From NCBI GenBank assembly GCA_964441885.1, contig CAYTVX010000002.1, positions 1 through 36,562 of the forward strand: DNA of 36,562 nt, given 5' to 3'. Shown one piece after another: positions 33,993-36,562 of this stretch. The number at the start of each line of letters is the position of its first letter. Position 1 is the first letter of the stretch. The translations under genes were made by a program, and so were the position numbers. The notes under the pieces were generated by a model that was given only the letters and a program-made list of their open reading frames with translations, did no database searches and was not told the DNA's origin. Origin of the DNA: an uncultured Candidatus Saccharibacteria bacterium (GTDB taxonomy: Bacteria > Patescibacteriota > Minisyncoccia > Phycocordibacterales > CALRHW01).

Positions 33993-34084
33993 ATGACATT
34001 GAAACCCGTGGCTAATGCAGGTATTGAAGCATATCGGGGATAAAGGAATTCTAAAGAAATTCTAAAGTTTTAAACAAAAATGTG

Positions 34085-34450
34085 TTACTTCATATGTTTC
34101 ATGCAGGTTGCTGCCGCGGGGTTTGCTTCCAGTCTTTCTTTTTCTATTGGTTCCCCACTAACCTCGCATATACCATATGTACCGCTTTCAATTTTTTTTA
34201 GCGCCGCTCGTATCTCGTTGTATCTTATTTCCAGCTGTTTTAGAATCCCAGCATTTTCTTCGTATGTTTCTAGACGATCTGCCGCTTCATTTTCATCTCC
34301 CCCGAGCACATCTGTGGTTGGTGGCGGTGTGGCTTCCCAGTCGCTAATATTTTCTGGGTTGTGTACTCCCACTGTTTTTAATTCGCTTTCAACCAGCGCC
34401 AATTCTTTTTCTAATTCTGCTTTAAAATGCGTTGTGTTTATATCTGTCAT
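34085..34450 (-). CDS. DksA/TraR-family-like protein with a degenerate zinc finger
   Basis: It has a coiled-coil region with DENEAAD (DxxExA versus the canonical DxxDxA tip). The C-terminal GTYGICEVSGEPIEKERLEANPAAATCMKH has the form C-x2-S-x17-C-x2-H. The start is taken at M14 (34450); the track ORF starts at 34489. Confidence 0.55.
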   Translation of the reverse strand: MTDINTTHFKAELEKELALVESELKTVGVHNPENISDWEATPPPTTDVLGGDENEAADRLETYEENAGILKQLEIRYNEIRAALKKIESGTYGICEVSGEPIEKERLEANPAAATCMKHMK

Positions 34451-34502
34451 ATTTAAAATGATAACAGAATATTTGTCTATGGCAACCAAGGCGAGTTTGA
34501 TG

Positions 34503-35528
34503 CTAGCGTATTAATTTTGAAGTAGAAAATCTATTTAGGATTTCCTTGAATGTGTCTTGATTGTCAACAATGAAAAGAGTTTTTGAGTCAATAAAGGAAT
34601 ACAGCATTATTGTTTCACCTTGGTTGTCTCGTAGTATTCGAGCGTCTTTGTTTTGTACTATCAGGTCTTCAAAATTCAACAAAGGTATTCCCGCAAGTGT
34701 TTGGTCGGTTGTGTTTTGTGTGCGAAATATCATTCCCAAATCTGAGTATAGATTTTTTTCCCACAAAAGCATTCCTTCAAATGCTTTGTCAAAAGCATCT
34801 ATTTGTATGATAAAAACCGGATGTTTTTTTTCTGATGTATATATTCCAGCAAACATTTTTTTATCGAATGCTCTTGTAAGTGATGGTGGAATATTTGGTG
34901 CAAGTGCTTCAAAAAAAGTATATGCATCAGCTTCTGCGACAGAAGATGTTGCGTTTTGTGCGAGTATTTTTACGTACGTTATAGAATCTTTTGGATAGTC
35001 ACTGTTTGTGAGTTCTGAAAAGTTCGCAACAAGTTTTATTGAATTTAAATTATCGATATTTAATTCTTTTTCCTGATCAACCGGAATGAAAGTGTTTATG
35101 AGACGTTGTGCTATTGGTGTTGATTTTGGTTTCTGATTGAGAAAATATACTAGGGCAAAAACTCCGACACCAATAGAGACAAGCACGATGCCAAAAATTC
35201 CAAAAAGTGTGTTGCGAGCAAATCGTTTCGTTACCCCCTCTTCTTTGTCTGGTGATATATTTGCAAAAGAAATTACCTTCTCTTTGATTGGTATTGGTAC
35301 CGATTTTACTGGGGTAGTTTTTTCAAAAACATTTTTTAGTGGTTCTACTTTTTTTATCTCAACTTCTTTTTTTCTTTGTTGTGCAAGATTTACACTTACG
35401 GCCGATGTTTGGTGTAAACGAATCATTTCGGCGATGTCGCGTTCGTATGTGCGAAGTGGTTTGACGAGAGTATCCGCTTCAGCTTTTTTTTGTGCATCAG
35501 TCGCACTTTGTGGTACTTCTGGTTCCAT
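34503..35528 (-). CDS. Single-pass membrane protein, unknown function
   Basis: 341 aa. A charged N-terminal ~110 aa is followed by the TM segment LFGIFGIVLVSIGVGVFALVYFL and an extracytoplasmic domain. Confidence 0.55.
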   Translation of the reverse strand: MEPEVPQSATDAQKKAEADTLVKPLRTYERDIAEMIRLHQTSAVSVNLAQQRKKEVEIKKVEPLKNVFEKTTPVKSVPIPIKEKVISFANISPDKEEGVTKRFARNTLFGIFGIVLVSIGVGVFALVYFLNQKPKSTPIAQRLINTFIPVDQEKELNIDNLNSIKLVANFSELTNSDYPKDSITYVKILAQNATSSVAEADAYTFFEALAPNIPPSLTRAFDKKMFAGIYTSEKKHPVFIIQIDAFDKAFEGMLLWEKNLYSDLGMIFRTQNTTDQTLAGIPLLNFEDLIVQNKDARILRDNQGETIMLYSFIDSKTLFIVDNQDTFKEILNRFSTSKLIR

Positions 35529-35599
35529 GTTTTTAATAATTATAACGGAAATTGCACGCGATGTCTTCGCTATCTAAGATTTTTTTATAGTGAAAAAAC

Positions 35600-36148
35600 T
35601 TAAACTTGTGTAGATGGATTATTTCTTGATGGAGCTCTGCCAAAGTTTATTAAGTATTTTCTTGGGTTTTCGTCGAGATCAATAAAATCATCAGCAACTT
35701 CTATGAGTTTTGATGAAGATGATTTTCCAAAAGCTACCACTTCTACCTGACATCCTTCGTTGATTCTTAAGTATTCAAGTAGCGGAATAAAATCTCCGTC
35801 GCCAGAAACGATAATAACTGTGTCGAGTTTTGGTGCGAGCTGTATTGCGTCGACTGCTAGACCCACGTCCCAGTCGGCTTTTTTTGCTCCGCCAGAAAAA
35901 ATCTGCAGATTTTTTGTTTTTGTTTCGATTCCAACTTTTCCGAGCGCCTCAAAAAAGCTTTTCTCTTCCCCGCTCTCTGTCGTGATTACGTATGCGACCG
36001 CGCGTATGAGCTGTCGGCCAGCAAGCGCATCTTTTACTACTTGTCCAAAATTAACTCTCGCTTTATATAAATTTTTCGCACTGTGATATAGATTTTGTGT
36101 GTCTATAAAAATACCAACTCTTTGATTTTTGTGTTTGATTACTGTCAT
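35600..36148 (-). CDS. NYN-domain (LabA-like) protein, putative RNase
   Basis: 182 aa with RVGIFIDTQNLYHSAKNL near the N-terminus and IIVSGDGDFIPLLEYLR. These are the acidic-residue motifs of NYN/LabA domains. Confidence 0.75.
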   Translation of the reverse strand: MTVIKHKNQRVGIFIDTQNLYHSAKNLYKARVNFGQVVKDALAGRQLIRAVAYVITTESGEEKSFFEALGKVGIETKTKNLQIFSGGAKKADWDVGLAVDAIQLAPKLDTVIIVSGDGDFIPLLEYLRINEGCQVEVVAFGKSSSSKLIEVADDFIDLDENPRKYLINFGRAPSRNNPSTQV

Positions 36149-36214
36149 GAATATTAAAAATTAAAAACTCTTATTAAAATAAAACCGTACGCTTATAAAA
36201 ATGATTTCAAAGAA

Positions 36215-36242
36215 CGAAAAAGCAACCATTTGGTCGCTTTTT
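36215..36242 (-). terminator. Intrinsic terminator downstream of rpsO
   Basis: The minus strand reads AAAAA-GCGACCA-aa-UGGUUGC-UUUUUCGUUCUUUG. The stem is complete with one G-U pair only in the minus orientation. Confidence 0.6.
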
Positions 36243-36250
36243 CAAAAACT

Positions 36251-36523
36251 TTAAGCCTTTTTCTTCATCTCAAGCTTCTTCATGAGAGCGTTGAAACGCT
36301 TGACGCTCTTTTTCTGAAGATACTTCATCTGAGTCTGTCTGTCGGCTACCATTTGTAGAAGTCCACGTCGAGAATGAGTATCTTTTGTGTTTTTCTTTAA
36401 ATGTAGAGCCAAAGCCTCGATTTTCTTGGTCAAAAGGCCTATCTGCACCTCTGGTGAACCAGTGTCTGTATCGTGGATTTTTGTGTCAGTGATGACTTTT
36501 TGTTTCTTTGTCTTTGTAAGCAT
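36251..36523 (-). CDS. rpsO: 30S ribosomal protein S15
   Basis: 90 aa. GSPEVQIGLLTKKIEALALHLKKNTKDTHSRRGLLQMVADRQ matches the conserved S15 core (GS.EVQ...LT..I..L..HL....KD.HSRRGLL.MV..R). Confidence 0.92.
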   Translation of the reverse strand: MLTKTKKQKVITDTKIHDTDTGSPEVQIGLLTKKIEALALHLKKNTKDTHSRRGLLQMVADRQTQMKYLQKKSVKRFNALMKKLEMKKKA

Positions 36524-36562
36524 TGTGGGTCTAAATTATCATAAATGCCCTATTTTTGCAAG

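Noticed and set aside
1-36562. Alternative genetic code (UGA recoded, as in some candidate phyla), CRISPR arrays, rRNA or tRNA genes, transposases
   Set aside because: Long uninterrupted genes end at all three standard stops, including TGA (for example 731-733 and 15788-15790). This is consistent with code 11. No regularly spaced repeats, cloverleaf-like sequences in the few intergenic gaps, or DDE/serine/tyrosine recombinase-like ORFs were seen.

Overview
This is a low-G+C, very compact bacterial chromosome segment. By my tally of the intergenic gaps it is roughly 95% coding. It spans the replication-origin neighbourhood: DUF721/DciA-like <- dnaN <- [AT-rich DnaA-box spacer] <- dnaA, then rpmH -> rnpA -> yidC. 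The left arm holds a truncated Pol I-type 5'-3' exonuclease, tsaE, a self-contained ~0.8-kb high-G+C lipoprotein cassette that looks foreign, and an orphan PilB/GspE ATPase. It continues with a 440-bp ORF-free structured spacer, ruvB-yebC-ruvC, a 41-aa hyper-acidic micro-ORF, tyrS and a class A PBP. The right arm holds 13 co-directional minus-strand genes (26883 -> 14110). The block is led by lnt and contains VirB4-, VirB4-N-domain-, PrgI/VirB3-, VirB6/TrbL- and VirB2-like components plus seven envelope proteins I cannot name. It has no relaxase, coupling protein, integrase or att repeats. I read it as a chromosomal, non-conjugative T4SS-like surface machine, and it is my top candidate for the undescribed system. 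After it come cell-wall proteins (PG-binding/IPT protein, LysM-M23 peptidase), rsmA, pcrA, comM/yifB, a DksA/TraR-like protein, a NYN-domain protein and rpsO. I found no rRNA, tRNA, CRISPR array or transposase. The genome style includes tiny gaps, overlapping convergent gene ends, shortened proteins and -10 boxes abutting start codons. This fits a reduced-genome, possibly CPR/Patescibacteria-like organism, but that is inference only. All calls come from reading the sequence and ORF translations by eye; no searches were run.
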